A stretch of 64,000 nucleotides of DNA from an uncultured Candidatus Saccharibacteria bacterium (GTDB taxonomy: Bacteria; Patescibacteriota; Doudnabacteria; UBA920): contig CAZDIP010000002.1 of NCBI GenBank assembly GCA_964505635.1, forward strand, positions 165,843 through 229,842, in the 5' to 3' direction. The notes under the pieces are model-generated. The model was not told where the DNA came from and made no database searches. It saw only the letters and a program-made list of their open reading frames with translations. A program made the translations under genes and the position numbers. Positions 8,670 through 19,098 of the stretch are shown here, one piece after another. The stretch's first letter is position 1; each line of letters begins with the position of its first letter.

Positions 8670-9861
8670 CCGACTTGCTATTTTTTTATTTGCAATTACC
8701 TTTACCGTTTTGCCCAATGCAGCTCGGGCGGAAGAAACGGCTGTTTTTAATTTTGTCCACCAAAATGAGTCTTTTGAAGTGGACACGGCAACCCTTTCGG
8801 CTTGGCAGGGCAAAACAGTACTGCCAACTAGCAACTTGTTAACCTTATCCGTTACAGCAGCAAATCCGGTGGCATTATATTTTGGCCAACAAAGCAGGCC
8901 AAGCACAACAAGAGCCAGTTATAATTTTCGACCTGACAAAATTTACGCCTTTATTGCCAAACTGGCGGAAAAAATTGAACAAAAACCCCAGGAGCCGGTA
9001 CTGGAAATAATAAATAATCGCGCGGTCAAGTTTACGCCGCCAAAAAATGGTAAAAATCTGGACGCCTACGCCAGCACCCTTTGGGCGCTCGCGGCATTAA
9101 ACAACCGCGACCAAAAAGTCGAACTGACTGTTTATGAACAGTCGCCGCGCAAAAAACTGAGCGAGCTTAATAACTTAGGAATTAACGAGCTTTTGGCTGA
9201 AGGAAAATCCAGCTTTAAAGGCAGCCCCAAAAACCGACGTCACAATATTACGGTGGGGGTGGAAAAAATGAAAGGTATAATTTTAGCTCCGGGCGAAGAA
9301 TTCAGTTTCAATAAATTTTTAGGGCCGGTGGAGAAAGAAGAGGGTTTTTTGCCCGAACTGGTAATTAAACGAACCGGCACCGTGCCTGAGCTTGGAGGTG
9401 GCTTATGCCAAGTTTCCTCTACCACTTTTAGAGCGGCCATGAACGCCGGCCTGCCTATAGTGCAAAGAAAAAACCACGCTTATGCCGTGCAATACTATTC
9501 CCCCCAAGGCACAGACGCAACAATTTACCCGGGAGTTGTAGATTTAAAATTTAAAAATGATACCTTGGCGAACCTGTTAATCTGGCCAAGTTTTCCTGAC
9601 AAAGATACCTTGGTTTTTGATTTTTACGGCACCAAGGATCAGCGAGTTGTGGATGTTAAAAAACCAATACAGTACGACCGCAAAGAAGACGGCAGCTTAA
9701 AGGCAGAATGGACGAGAGTGGTTTTAAAAGACGGGGTAACCAGCACCTCCACCTTTAAGTCTGTTTACCAACCCCCCGCCCTTTTCCATAAAGAAGAAGA
9801 ATTTGTTACATCCGCCTCGCCCGCTCCCACGCCAACGCCTGCTCCGTTGACTGTAAATTAA
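8659..9861 (+). CDS. VanW-family secreted protein
   Basis: Signal peptide; GGGLCQVSSTTFRAAMNAGLPIV VanW core. Confidence 0.75.
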   Translation: MNINRLAIFLFAITFTVLPNAARAEETAVFNFVHQNESFEVDTATLSAWQGKTVLPTSNLLTLSVTAANPVALYFGQQSRPSTTRASYNFRPDKIYAFIAKLAEKIEQKPQEPVLEIINNRAVKFTPPKNGKNLDAYASTLWALAALNNRDQKVELTVYEQSPRKKLSELNNLGINELLAEGKSSFKGSPKNRRHNITVGVEKMKGIILAPGEEFSFNKFLGPVEKEEGFLPELVIKRTGTVPELGGGLCQVSSTTFRAAMNAGLPIVQRKNHAYAVQYYSPQGTDATIYPGVVDLKFKNDTLANLLIWPSFPDKDTLVFDFYGTKDQRVVDVKKPIQYDRKEDGSLKAEWTRVVLKDGVTSTSTFKSVYQPPALFHKEEEFVTSASPAPTPTPAPLTVN

Positions 9862-9932
9862 CAATTTTTATTTCTTCGTTACTAGATTAGCAACATACTA
9901 TGCTATGAAAATATTAAATTTTGCCTCTATTT

Positions 9933-9962
9933 AATACCGCCTAAACAAGCGGTATTTTTATT
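9933..9962 (+). terminator. rho-independent terminator
   Basis: aataccgc-ctaaacaa-gcggtatt followed by tttattt. Confidence 0.55.
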
Positions 9963-10012
9963 TATCAATTTTCAAATTTATACAAAAGCATGGTAAAATT
10001 GAGCTATAAACC

Positions 10013-11056
10013 ATGATAACTTCATCTAACCAACAAGAAACTTCCGGTGTTATTCGGCAAGATATTGAACCCGAAGATCTTTTAATAGAGCAAAACCTGC
10101 GCCCGCAAATCCTGGATGAATACATTGGCCAGGCCTCGGTTAAAGAAAACCTCAAAGTTTTAATGCAGGCGGCAAAGCAAAGAGCGGAACATTTAGAGCA
10201 TTTGCTATTTTATGGCCCACCGGGTTTAGGTAAAACCACCCTGGCTCTGATTATAGCCAAAGAAATGGGTGCAAATATTAAAGTAACCTCCGGCCCGGCG
10301 ATTGAAAGGGCAGGCGACCTAGCTTCACTTTTAACCAACCTTTCCGAAGGTGATGTTTTGTTTATTGACGAAATTCATAGGCTTAACAAAGTGGTGGAAG
10401 AAGTCTTGTATCCTGCTATGGAAGACTTTATTTTAGACATTGTTCTTGGCAAAGGCCCGGGAGCCAGGAGTATTAGAATGGATTTGCCAAAATTCACGTT
10501 AATTGGAGCCACGACCAGAATCGGCTTAATCTCCAGTCCGCTAAGAGATCGTTTTGGAGCCACCTATCGCCTGGAGTACTACCAGCCCCACGAAATAAAA
10601 TCTATAATCCACCGTTCTAGCAAAATTTTAAACACCAATATAGAAGGAAGTGCGGCTTTAGAATTAGCCAACCGATCCCGCTTTACTCCGCGCATTGCCA
10701 ATAGACTGTTAAAGCGAGTGCGTGATTTTGTTCAAGTCCACAAGCGTGATACAATAGATCTAAACTCCGCGCAACAAGCCTTACAAATGCTAGAGGTTGA
10801 TTCTTTGGGATTAGATAAAAATGACTTAAGAATTCTTGACGCCCTGATTAACAAGTTTAACGGCAAGCCGGTCGGCCTCACCACCCTGGCAGCCGCAACC
10901 GGCGAGGAAGAGGACACAATAACCGATCTGCACGAACCCTTTTTACTACGGCTGGGGCTTATAACCAAAACCCCCAAAGGCCGGCAAGCCACCAAAAACG
11001 CCTACACTCACCTGGGTATAAATGCCCCGGAAAACTTACAAAACACTTTACTTTAA
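10013..11056 (+). CDS. ruvB: Holliday junction branch migration ATPase RuvB
   Basis: [15 protein letters not shown] Walker A, sensor and winged-helix regions. Confidence 0.92.
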   Translation: MITSSNQQETSGVIRQDIEPEDLLIEQNLRPQILDEYIGQASVKENLKVLMQAAKQRAEHLEHLLFYGPPGLGKTTLALIIAKEMGANIKVTSGPAIERAGDLASLLTNLSEGDVLFIDEIHRLNKVVEEVLYPAMEDFILDIVLGKGPGARSIRMDLPKFTLIGATTRIGLISSPLRDRFGATYRLEYYQPHEIKSIIHRSSKILNTNIEGSAALELANRSRFTPRIANRLLKRVRDFVQVHKRDTIDLNSAQQALQMLEVDSLGLDKNDLRILDALINKFNGKPVGLTTLAAATGEEEDTITDLHEPFLLRLGLITKTPKGRQATKNAYTHLGINAPENLQNTLL

Positions 11057-11059
11057 CTT

Positions 11060-11269
11060 ATGGACTTTGCTAACCTAAGCGGTTTGTTTATTTCAATTTT
11101 ATACTATGCCTTAGTTGGCATTACTGCTTTTTTAGGCATCTTTGGCGCATACATACTAATTCGTTATGGCCAATCCCTGACCTTGTCATTTTTAGGCAGC
11201 GTTGTCTTTTCTATTTTCTTTATAGTTCTGCTTAGCAGCTCGTATAATATTTTGCAGTCCATACTCTAA
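11060..11269 (+). CDS. small membrane protein (2 TM)
   Basis: hydrophobic 69-aa ORF tightly following ruvB. Confidence 0.4.
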   Translation: MDFANLSGLFISILYYALVGITAFLGIFGAYILIRYGQSLTLSFLGSVVFSIFFIVLLSSSYNILQSIL

Positions 11270-11272
11270 GCT

Positions 11273-11806
11273 ATGAGAAGACTTTTTCCCAGCCAACAAG
11301 AGGATGAAAAAATTTACCTGGTCATCCGGGAACATTGGTTTAGGTTATTTTTTAAACTCCTGGTGTGGGCGGTTTTTGCCTCACTTTTCCCGCTTTTCCA
11401 ATATTTCGGCCCGCAAATTGCCCCAGGCCTCTTTGAAGGTGCTGTGGGTAATTTATTCAAACTACTCGGAACGGTTTATTTATTAATCACTCTTTTGGCC
11501 CTATTTTTAATTTTAGTGCTGTACTACCTTAACCTGCACATTATTACAGAAATTCGGGTAGTAGATATTGACCAAAAAGGCCTTTTCTCCCATGTGGTTT
11601 CGGAATTGCATATTCACCAGATTGAAGATGTCAGCAGTGAAAGCAACGGCGTTTTCGGAACGCTATTTAACTATGGTAACGTTTACGTGCAAACCGCGGG
11701 GACAAAAGAACGCTTTGAGTTTGATAATGTTCCAAATCCCGCAGCTATAAATAAACTGCTCTTGGATCTTTATGAAAAGATCCCCCACAAAACACCTAAC
11801 GACTAA
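11273..11806 (+). CDS. membrane protein with bacterial PH (bPH_2/YdbT-like) domain
   Basis: two N-terminal TM helices then a PH-like beta-rich domain (IITEIRVVDIDQKGLFSHVVSELHIHQIEDV...NYGNVYVQTAG). Confidence 0.5.
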   Translation: MRRLFPSQQEDEKIYLVIREHWFRLFFKLLVWAVFASLFPLFQYFGPQIAPGLFEGAVGNLFKLLGTVYLLITLLALFLILVLYYLNLHIITEIRVVDIDQKGLFSHVVSELHIHQIEDVSSESNGVFGTLFNYGNVYVQTAGTKERFEFDNVPNPAAINKLLLDLYEKIPHKTPND

Positions 11807-11808
11807 TT

Positions 11809-12276
11809 ATGAAAAAGGTTATTGCTGTATCAGGAGGCTTTGACCCTTTGCACATAGGCCATGTGGAAATGATGCAAGAAGCCAAAGCTTTAGGCGACAA
11901 ACTTATAGTAATTATCAACAACGATAATTGGCTAAAAGCAAAAAAAGGTTTTGCTTTTATGCCTGAGCAAGAAAGGGCTGCTATTATAAAGGCTATAAAA
12001 TATGTTGACGAAGCTGTGCTTACCGACCACCCGGAAAATCCTGAGGGCGCAGAAGCAATGTCTGTTTCAAATATGCTAGAAAAAATCAAGCTGGATATTT
12101 TTGCAAACGGCGGAGACCGGGACGAAAAAAACGCCAGCGACCCTAATTCTTCTCTTTACTATGATATTAAAACCTGCGAAAAATTAGGGATTAAAATGAT
12201 ATTCAATGTTGGCAAAAGCGGCAAAATTCAAAGCTCAAGCTGGTTAATAAACAAAGCAAAACAAAACAAGGCCTAA
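11809..12276 (+). CDS. cytidylyltransferase-superfamily nucleotidyltransferase (TagD/HldE-domain-II-like)
   Basis: GGFDPLHIGH (HxGH) motif and IIKAIKYVDEAV resembling glycerol-3-phosphate cytidylyltransferase. Confidence 0.6.
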   Translation: MKKVIAVSGGFDPLHIGHVEMMQEAKALGDKLIVIINNDNWLKAKKGFAFMPEQERAAIIKAIKYVDEAVLTDHPENPEGAEAMSVSNMLEKIKLDIFANGGDRDEKNASDPNSSLYYDIKTCEKLGIKMIFNVGKSGKIQSSSWLINKAKQNKA

Positions 12277-12289
12277 AGGCCTTGTTTTG

Positions 12290-12562
12290 CTAATCCGTTG
12301 GGTCGTCGGCGGGCTTTAAATCCACCACATCTTCAAGACCCAATCTTTGAATACCCTGAGGCCCAAAGTCAAATAAAAAAACTCCTTCTTTTGAGTCAAA
12401 ACCTTTAAAAACCCCATTAGCTTCTTTTGCTTCTCCTTGTGAGTCTCTATATTCAACCCTTACCCGGCGGTCTTGATTGTTTGGATTCTTTAAAAACAGA
12501 CCTTTTTCCATCTGGCCAGGTAATGAAGCCATATCCACCTGGTGCTCGTTGTCTTCAAACAT
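12290..12562 (-). CDS. hypothetical protein
   Basis: ORF only; protein-like composition. Confidence 0.35.
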   Translation of the reverse strand: MFEDNEHQVDMASLPGQMEKGLFLKNPNNQDRRVRVEYRDSQGEAKEANGVFKGFDSKEGVFLFDFGPQGIQRLGLEDVVDLKPADDPTD

Positions 12563-12582
12563 AAAAAATTTACTTTAATATT

Positions 12583-13299
12583 CTAATTGTTTAAATAAGA
12601 AATAATCGACAAGCTTGCCAGCGCAGAAGTTTCTGACCGAAGAAAAATCGGCCCAAGTGATAGCGTCTTGCAGCTCGGCAGAGATTGTATCTGGTTAACC
12701 TCTTTTTGAGTAAAACCGCCTTCTGGGCCAATTATGATTGCAACATCGGGCATCTTGCCTCTAACATTTAACTTACCGCCTGCGATATCGCATAAATATA
12801 TTTGCTCAAAATTACCGGCTGATAAAATTACATCGTCTAATGCCTTCAAATATTCTAAAGTTGGCGGACAAACCCGGTCTGACTGCTTAGCCGCTTCCCA
12901 AAGTATTTTATTCCAACGCTCGTATTTCTTTTTAAATACTTCCGGCGTTATTTTTGTTGCCGTGTTTTGTGAATTAAAAAGGATAATTTTATGCGCCATA
13001 AGCTCTGTAGATTTTTGAAAAATAAAATCCAAAGCTTTTTCGCTGACAACTGATTGAAACAGGGTAATTTTTACCTCTGGTTCAGGGGGAGTTTGTATTT
13101 TTTTTAAAACCTTAACGGTCAAAGATTTTCTCTCGGCTTTTAAAATTTCAACAACAAACCTCTCTTCCCCCGCTCCTTGCAAATTAAAACTTTCCCCTTT
13201 TTTTATCCGACGTGAAAGTAAAATATGCACCGCCTCTTCGTCTGACAGTTCTGCAACCTGACCGGGTAATATTTTTTGATTTGTTAAAAAATAACTCAT
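12583..13299 (-). CDS. rsmE: 16S rRNA (uracil1498-N3)-methyltransferase
   Basis: IIGPEGGFT and LGPIFLRSETSALA motifs of RsmE. Confidence 0.8.
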   Translation of the reverse strand: MSYFLTNQKILPGQVAELSDEEAVHILLSRRIKKGESFNLQGAGEERFVVEILKAERKSLTVKVLKKIQTPPEPEVKITLFQSVVSEKALDFIFQKSTELMAHKIILFNSQNTATKITPEVFKKKYERWNKILWEAAKQSDRVCPPTLEYLKALDDVILSAGNFEQIYLCDIAGGKLNVRGKMPDVAIIIGPEGGFTQKEVNQIQSLPSCKTLSLGPIFLRSETSALASLSIISYLNN

Positions 13300-13304
13300 A
13301 CAAA

Positions 13305-13610
13305 CTAAAACTCAACGGCAATTGTAAAAACTAACTGCTTGCCCAAAACCTGGTTTAAAGCATGAACCATGCGGCTGGTTAAAATTTTAATTTGGTAGGC
13401 AATTTCCCTGCTCAAACAAGCAACAAACAAAACTCCTTTTTTAAAATCCAGCGCCCGGGTCTGCTCCCTGCCAGCTTCCATAAAAGTTTCGACAATTTTA
13501 TACCAACAGCTCAAAACCTGATAACGCACTAGCCCAGGTTTTATTTTTTTATTTTCTCCCACCTGGCTTAAAACTTGATCAATTTTTATGAACTGGGTTT
13601 TATTTTTCAT
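13305..13610 (-). CDS. DUF721/DciA-like protein
   Basis: ~100-aa protein immediately downstream of recF, which is the typical DUF721 context. Confidence 0.5.
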   Translation of the reverse strand: MKNKTQFIKIDQVLSQVGENKKIKPGLVRYQVLSCWYKIVETFMEAGREQTRALDFKKGVLFVACLSREIAYQIKILTSRMVHALNQVLGKQLVFTIAVEF

Positions 13611-13629
13611 GTTTTTATTTTAACTTATA

Positions 13630-14715
13630 TTAATTTTCCTCAACCTCCACAGCCGGGCTTAAAGTAACATGCTGGGCCGGCATTTCCAAAGGATGAGTGG
13701 TGGTGATAAAAGTTTGAAATCTGCCCTGTAAATACTTCAACAAAAAAGTTCTTCTAGTTTCATCCAATTCCGACAGCACGTCGTCGAGCAGCAATATCGG
13801 CTTGTCCTCACCCCGACTCAAATATTCAAGTTCTAATATTTTTAAGGCCAATACCTGGCTTCTTAATTCCCCGCGGGAAGAAAAGGGCGACAACAGCAAA
13901 CCCTCGCTCTTGAGGGAAAAGTCGTCCCTGTGCGGACCAACTAAACAGCTCCCCGCGGCCAACTCCTTACTGTGGTAATTTTTAAGTTTTTGGAGTATGG
14001 CGTTTTTAACCTCCTCCCTGCTCTCACCCAAAAAAGCATCATAAACCACCTCAACCGGGCGATGAAAGCCCGAAATGGTTGTATAAATTTCTGCTATACT
14101 GGTATTTAAAAAGTTAACAAATTTCTTTCTTTGTAAAACTATCTCAGATCCAAAATCAGCTAATTGGGCATTCCAGCTTTCAAGTCCGCTACCAGTTGAA
14201 CGACCGGCTTTTATATCCTGCAGCAGTCGGCTTTTTTGGAACAAAACCTTTTTATACTCGCCCAAAGACTCCAAATAAGAAAGATTTTTCTGCGATAAAA
14301 CCATGTTAAAAAATTTGCGCCTGGCTTCCGGAGGCTTGCTGAATAAATCAACGTCTGTCGGGTCAAAAATAACAACGCTGATAAAATTCTGGACATCCTT
14401 TCTTTTCTTTTTTACACCATCAAGCAAAAAGTTAGCATAAATTTTGTCACGCTTTTCCAAAAAAGCCTGTAGTGTATGACTTTCGTTGTTTTTTTCAACC
14501 TGCATTTTTATCTCTATTTCATTTGCGTCTCTTAAAAATATAAACTCGTTGTCATCCCGAAAAGATTTAAACAGCGAAGCAAAGTAAACAGACTCCAGCA
14601 GGTTGGTTTTTCCGACTGCGTTAGGCCCCGTAATAACCACCACATCACTGGTAATATCCAAGTTCAGGCTCGGGTAATTACGAAAGTTTTTTATTTGAAT
14701 ATTATTGATTTTCAT
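13630..14715 (-). CDS. recF: DNA replication/repair protein RecF
   Basis: ITGPNAVGKTNLLES Walker A, LLLDDVLSELD signature. Confidence 0.9.
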   Translation of the reverse strand: MKINNIQIKNFRNYPSLNLDITSDVVVITGPNAVGKTNLLESVYFASLFKSFRDDNEFIFLRDANEIEIKMQVEKNNESHTLQAFLEKRDKIYANFLLDGVKKKRKDVQNFISVVIFDPTDVDLFSKPPEARRKFFNMVLSQKNLSYLESLGEYKKVLFQKSRLLQDIKAGRSTGSGLESWNAQLADFGSEIVLQRKKFVNFLNTSIAEIYTTISGFHRPVEVVYDAFLGESREEVKNAILQKLKNYHSKELAAGSCLVGPHRDDFSLKSEGLLLSPFSSRGELRSQVLALKILELEYLSRGEDKPILLLDDVLSELDETRRTFLLKYLQGRFQTFITTTHPLEMPAQHVTLSPAVEVEEN

Positions 14716-14754
14716 ATTTAAAATTTGGCCAATATAATTAATTTATATTTTTTG

Positions 14755-15855
14755 TCAGTTTTTTATCGGCATCACCAAATACAAATAACCCTTATCGCCG
14801 GAAGGAAAAAACACCGCTGGCGAACTGCTGTCTATTACTTTTATTTCTACCTTATCCGACTCTATAACATTAAGTGCGTCTATAACATAGCGATAATTTA
14901 ACAACATCCCCCCTTTTTCTCCGGCAATCTCTGCTTCAACTTCTACCACACTCCTGCCAAGATCCCCTGCTTCTGCGGTCAAGATTAGCTTGCCGGCATC
15001 TGGTAAATACTCAAACATAACGCTGTTGGTATTATGGCTAAAAATAGAGGCGGTTTTTATTGCGCTAATTAAATCATTTTTTACAACCAGCATCTTTGTT
15101 AAAAATTCTGTGGGAATTATTTCTTTATATTCAGGAAATTGGCCATCCACCAACCGGCTGGTTAACTGGGTATCGTTAAAATTAAACACCACCTGGCTCT
15201 CTGTTAGGCCAATTATAACTTTTTCGGTGTAGCTAGAACAAAGGCGGGAAATTTCAACGGCTGTTTTGTGGGGTAAAATAATCTCCCTGTCGTCTTCGTC
15301 AACCAAATTTAAACTCATTGTTTTTTCCGCCAGCCTATACCTATCTGTTGCGGCATAAATAATTTGGTTGTTCTTTATTTTTATCAACACCCCGGAGATT
15401 TCCGGCTGGGTCTGGTTATTGGAAGATGCGAACATGACCATGTCCAAACTATTTTTCAGCTCTGCTGGATCGATTTCAATGGTTTTACTGTTATCAACTA
15501 CTGGTATTAAAGGAAAGTCTTCGGGTGGCAATGTTTTAATGTTGGTATTATAGTTTTCTGTTTGAATTTCAAGAATACCTGTTTTTGAGTTAATGTTTAT
15601 GTTTTTATTTGGCAGGTTACCCACTAACTCCATTATTGTTTTGGCGTTAACGGTCAACTCGCCTTCTTCTTCGACTTTACACCTTATTTGTGTTGTTATG
15701 GCAATTTCCAGGTTTGTTGAAGATATTTTCAAGGCCCCATTTTCTGTTTTAAGTAAAACATTGTTTAATATTGGCAGTGTATTGCTTGGAGAAATTATTT
15801 TACCAACAACACCAAACCCGATTTTTAAATTTTCTTGTGTACACACTATTTTCAT
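14755..15855 (-). CDS. dnaN: DNA polymerase III beta sliding clamp
   Basis: three-domain beta-clamp length and conserved context dnaA-dnaN-recF. Confidence 0.9.
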   Translation of the reverse strand: MKIVCTQENLKIGFGVVGKIISPSNTLPILNNVLLKTENGALKISSTNLEIAITTQIRCKVEEEGELTVNAKTIMELVGNLPNKNININSKTGILEIQTENYNTNIKTLPPEDFPLIPVVDNSKTIEIDPAELKNSLDMVMFASSNNQTQPEISGVLIKIKNNQIIYAATDRYRLAEKTMSLNLVDEDDREIILPHKTAVEISRLCSSYTEKVIIGLTESQVVFNFNDTQLTSRLVDGQFPEYKEIIPTEFLTKMLVVKNDLISAIKTASIFSHNTNSVMFEYLPDAGKLILTAEAGDLGRSVVEVEAEIAGEKGGMLLNYRYVIDALNVIESDKVEIKVIDSSSPAVFFPSGDKGYLYLVMPIKN

Positions 15856-16023
15856 AAATAATTAATTATATATAATAAATAATAATAATATTAAGCCGTG
15901 TTGATTTGTGGATTACTAAATTTCTTTAATAATTACCTCTTTTTGCTTGTTGTTTGTTGTTGATAGGGTTGTTGTTTAATACTGGATAAAAATTTTTATT
16001 ATAAAAAAATTATAATTTATTAT

Positions 16024-17370
16024 TTATATATACAACTTATCCAGAATTAAATCCACCTCCTGCTTAAACTCAACCTTTTCGCTTAATAGATTCTCTATTT
16101 TTTCTACGGCGTGCATAACCGTTGTGTGATCCCTTCCTCCAAAAAAATCACCAATGGAAGGGAATGAATTATCCAGGTTTTTTCTTATCAAATACATTGC
16201 AATTTGCCTGGGTTTTACAAATTCTTTCCTGCGGGACTGTTTAATCAGGTCTTCAAGGGTTATGTTGTAGAATTCGGCGACTAGTTCCGCTATTTTTTTT
16301 GCGGAAGTTACCCTTTTTTTTATTCCTATTATGCTGGTTAAAATGTTTTTTGCTTCTTCTAAAAACAACCCACGGTTGTGCATTTGTTGGTATACTGCAA
16401 GTTTATTTAGGGCACCTTCTAACTCCCTAACATTGTTTTGTATATTCTCTGCAAGGTAAAAAAGAATTGGTTCTTCTATGGCTACCCCGCGTTTTTCCAT
16501 TTTGTTTCGGAGTATGGCCATGCGGGTTTCTAAGTCAGGGGCCTGTATATCTACCACCATTCCCCACTCAAAGCGTGAAATCAACCTTTGTTCAATAGCC
16601 GGTATTTCTTTTGGCGGTCGGTCGGAGGTAATAATTATTTGCTTGCCTTTATCTCTTAGTTCATTAAAAGTATGAAAAAATTCTTCTTGGGTTCCTTCTT
16701 TGCCGGCAATAAACTGAATGTCGTCAATTAGCAACATATCAGCGTCGCGGTATTTTTTTTTGAATTCGTCGGTACGTTTTTGTTTAATAGAATCAATATA
16801 ATCGTTAGTGAATTTTTCACTGCTTACGTATAAAATTCTACTCCTGGGATTTGAACTTAGTAATTTATGACCCACGCCCTGCATTAAATGGGTTTTTCCC
16901 AAACCAACACCCCCGTAAATAAATAATGGGTTGTACTGGCTGCCTGGGTTTTTTGCCACAGCGATACTGGCCGCGTACGCCAGCTCGTTATTTTTTCCAG
17001 TAATAAAGGTTTCAATAGTGTATTTGGGATTCAGCCCCAGGATTGGGATTGTTTGATTTTCTGTTTGTTCAAAGTTTTTTCCAACCGCCCTGCTGTTATT
17101 ATTGGTTTTTTGGGTAATTTGGGAAACATTCCCTATTTGGTAGCGCACTTCTTTTATTTCCGGTGCAATTGTTTTTAGAGCTTTAAGTATTTCTGCCTGA
17201 TATTTGCTACTAATCCAGTTTTTATGGAACATGTCAGGGAGGTGAATTGTAATATAGTCGTCGCCTTTCTCCGAAATCCCTGTATTTTTAAACCAAGTGT
17301 TAAAATTAGCCTTGCTTAGTGTAATTTCTAAATGTCCCAATATGGCTTGCCAGAGCTGCTGGTTGTTCAT
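16024..17370 (-). CDS. dnaA: chromosomal replication initiator DnaA
   Basis: GGVGLGKTHLMQ Walker A, C-terminal DnaA-box binding HTH. Confidence 0.93.
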   Translation of the reverse strand: MNNQQLWQAILGHLEITLSKANFNTWFKNTGISEKGDDYITIHLPDMFHKNWISSKYQAEILKALKTIAPEIKEVRYQIGNVSQITQKTNNNSRAVGKNFEQTENQTIPILGLNPKYTIETFITGKNNELAYAASIAVAKNPGSQYNPLFIYGGVGLGKTHLMQGVGHKLLSSNPRSRILYVSSEKFTNDYIDSIKQKRTDEFKKKYRDADMLLIDDIQFIAGKEGTQEEFFHTFNELRDKGKQIIITSDRPPKEIPAIEQRLISRFEWGMVVDIQAPDLETRMAILRNKMEKRGVAIEEPILFYLAENIQNNVRELEGALNKLAVYQQMHNRGLFLEEAKNILTSIIGIKKRVTSAKKIAELVAEFYNITLEDLIKQSRRKEFVKPRQIAMYLIRKNLDNSFPSIGDFFGGRDHTTVMHAVEKIENLLSEKVEFKQEVDLILDKLYI

Positions 17371-17547
17371 GGTTTTTAAAAAGTTTTAGTGACTTTGTTT
17401 ATAGTACTTATTGAATTTTATCAGTGAGTTATCAACATGTAAAACAGTAAAAAATGCGCAGAAATATAAGGTTTTTAACAGTACGTGTTAATATGGTGTG
17501 GATATTTTGTGATAATAAATTTTTTTTACGCCCCCTCTTTTTTAGTA

Positions 17548-17576
17548 TTGACCAAGAACGGTCATTTCAGTATAAT
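17548..17576 (+). promoter_or_regulatory. sigma70-type promoter upstream of rpmH
   Basis: TTGACC - 17 nt - TATAAT. Confidence 0.5.
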
Positions 17577-17603
17577 TACTTAAGAAATTATTAATCTGAT
17601 TTT

Positions 17604-17738
17604 ATGAAAAGAACGTATCAGCCGAAGGTTAAACGCAGAAAGCGCAGGCATGGGTTTTTAAAGCGAATGCAGACAAAAACAGGGCGAAATGTTTTGGCAA
17701 GGCGTCGTGCCAAGGGTAGAAAGAAACTAAGCGTTTAA
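17604..17738 (+). CDS. rpmH: 50S ribosomal protein L34
   Basis: [44 protein letters not shown] (44 aa; below ORF-track cutoff). Confidence 0.88.
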   Translation: MKRTYQPKVKRRKRRHGFLKRMQTKTGRNVLARRRAKGRKKLSV

Positions 17739-17765
17739 TTTTCAGACCAGCCAGTTTAGTGTATT

Positions 17766-18098
17766 ATGTTAGCTAAAAAGCATCGTCTAACCAAAACTAA
17801 GGACGTTTTAGCGGTCTTTGCCAGGGGACGGGCTTTTTTTAACCCATATTTTTCTTTAAAAATCCTCAAGAATAAAACGGGAAAGCCTCGTTTTACGATT
17901 GTGGTTTCTACCAAAGTTTCAAAAAAAGCCGTCGTAAGAAACCGGCTAAAGCGAATAATTAGGGAGCTTATAAAAAAAAATATGGCAAGTTTTTCTGAGG
18001 CAGATTTTGTTTTTACCATCAAACCGGGTTTTCTTCAACTGGAAGAAAGGGAAGGCTTGGCTAAAATAGAAAGTATGATTAAAAACCAAAAAGTCTAA
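17766..18098 (+). CDS. rnpA: ribonuclease P protein component
   Basis: basic 110-aa protein directly after rpmH. Confidence 0.85.
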   Translation: MLAKKHRLTKTKDVLAVFARGRAFFNPYFSLKILKNKTGKPRFTIVVSTKVSKKAVVRNRLKRIIRELIKKNMASFSEADFVFTIKPGFLQLEEREGLAKIESMIKNQKV

Positions 18099-18108
18099 AA
18101 GTAATTAC

Positions 18109-18360
18109 ATGATGAATCTGCCTAAAAAAATTAGCATATTTATAATTAAAATTTATCAGACTCTAATTTCTCCCGATCATAGCTGGTTAAAAGCACGCTA
18201 TCCGTATGGTTACTGCAGGCACTACCCTTCTTGTAGTGAGTATACAAAAAGTGCTATTGAAAAATTTGGCTTAATTAAAGGTGTTTTTTTAGGGACCCGC
18301 AGAATTATTCGCTGTAATCCCTTTGCTTCCCCATCAATAGACCCAGTACCAAAATCTTAA
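18109..18360 (+). CDS. yidD: membrane protein insertion efficiency factor YidD
   Basis: YPYGYCRHYPSCSEY conserved Cys motif. Confidence 0.8.
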   Translation: MMNLPKKISIFIIKIYQTLISPDHSWLKARYPYGYCRHYPSCSEYTKSAIEKFGLIKGVFLGTRRIIRCNPFASPSIDPVPKS

Positions 18361-18367
18361 AAAATCT

Positions 18368-19081
18368 ATGTTTTTAAATCTTTATAACGAGGTTATTTAT
18401 AGGCCACTTTTAAATTTGTTAGTTTTTTTCTATCAAGTTATTCCCGGACACGATATCGGAATCGTGATTATTTTACTAACCTTATTCATTCGTTTTCTTT
18501 TGGCCCCTAGTTTCCATAAGTCTTTGAAAAGTCAAAAGGCAATGAATGACTTGCAGCCCAAGCTAAACGAGTTAAGAGAAAGGCATAAAGACGACAAAGA
18601 GGCTCAGGCCAAGGCCATGATGGCTTTGTATAAAGAACATCAAATAAATCCTTTTTCCTCATGTTTGCCTTTATTGCTCCAGTTGCCTATTTTAATCGCA
18701 TTGTATCAAGTTTTCAGCAAAGCTCTTTCTAATCACCTGACGGGCTTATATAGTTTTGTCAATTTTACTGGACAAATTGATCCTAGATTTTTGGGCTTAA
18801 TTGACCTGTCCAAGCATTCCGGGGGTTCCGTCGCAGGTATGATTTTGGCATTTTTGGCGGGTCTTGCCCAATTTTGGCAGTCTAAAATGATGTTGCCTAA
18901 AAGTCAAAGCACCGACGCAACAACCAAAGCCATGCAAATGCAAACTACCTATATTTTACCGGTTATCAGCGTGGTTATTGCGTTTAAGCTTCCGGCTGGC
19001 CTACCGCTTTATTGGATTGTCACCACACTATTCGCTGTTGCCCAGCAGTATTATATTCACAAAAAACAACCGCTTAGTTAA
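18368..19081 (+). CDS. yidC: membrane protein insertase YidC (short form)
   Basis: YidC/Oxa1 core TM helices; conserved operon position. Confidence 0.85.
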   Translation: MFLNLYNEVIYRPLLNLLVFFYQVIPGHDIGIVIILLTLFIRFLLAPSFHKSLKSQKAMNDLQPKLNELRERHKDDKEAQAKAMMALYKEHQINPFSSCLPLLLQLPILIALYQVFSKALSNHLTGLYSFVNFTGQIDPRFLGLIDLSKHSGGSVAGMILAFLAGLAQFWQSKMMLPKSQSTDATTKAMQMQTTYILPVISVVIAFKLPAGLPLYWIVTTLFAVAQQYYIHKKQPLS

Positions 19082-19098
19082 AAAGTAAAGCCCAGCAC

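Noticed and set aside
14211-14396. Assorted 60-130-aa ORFs antisense to dnaN, recF, infB, gyrA, PBP and other genes (e.g. 14211-14396, 39627-40184, 56203-56712, 21331-21654)
   Set aside because: All lie inside and antisense to confidently assigned conserved genes and show skewed composition; treated as spurious.
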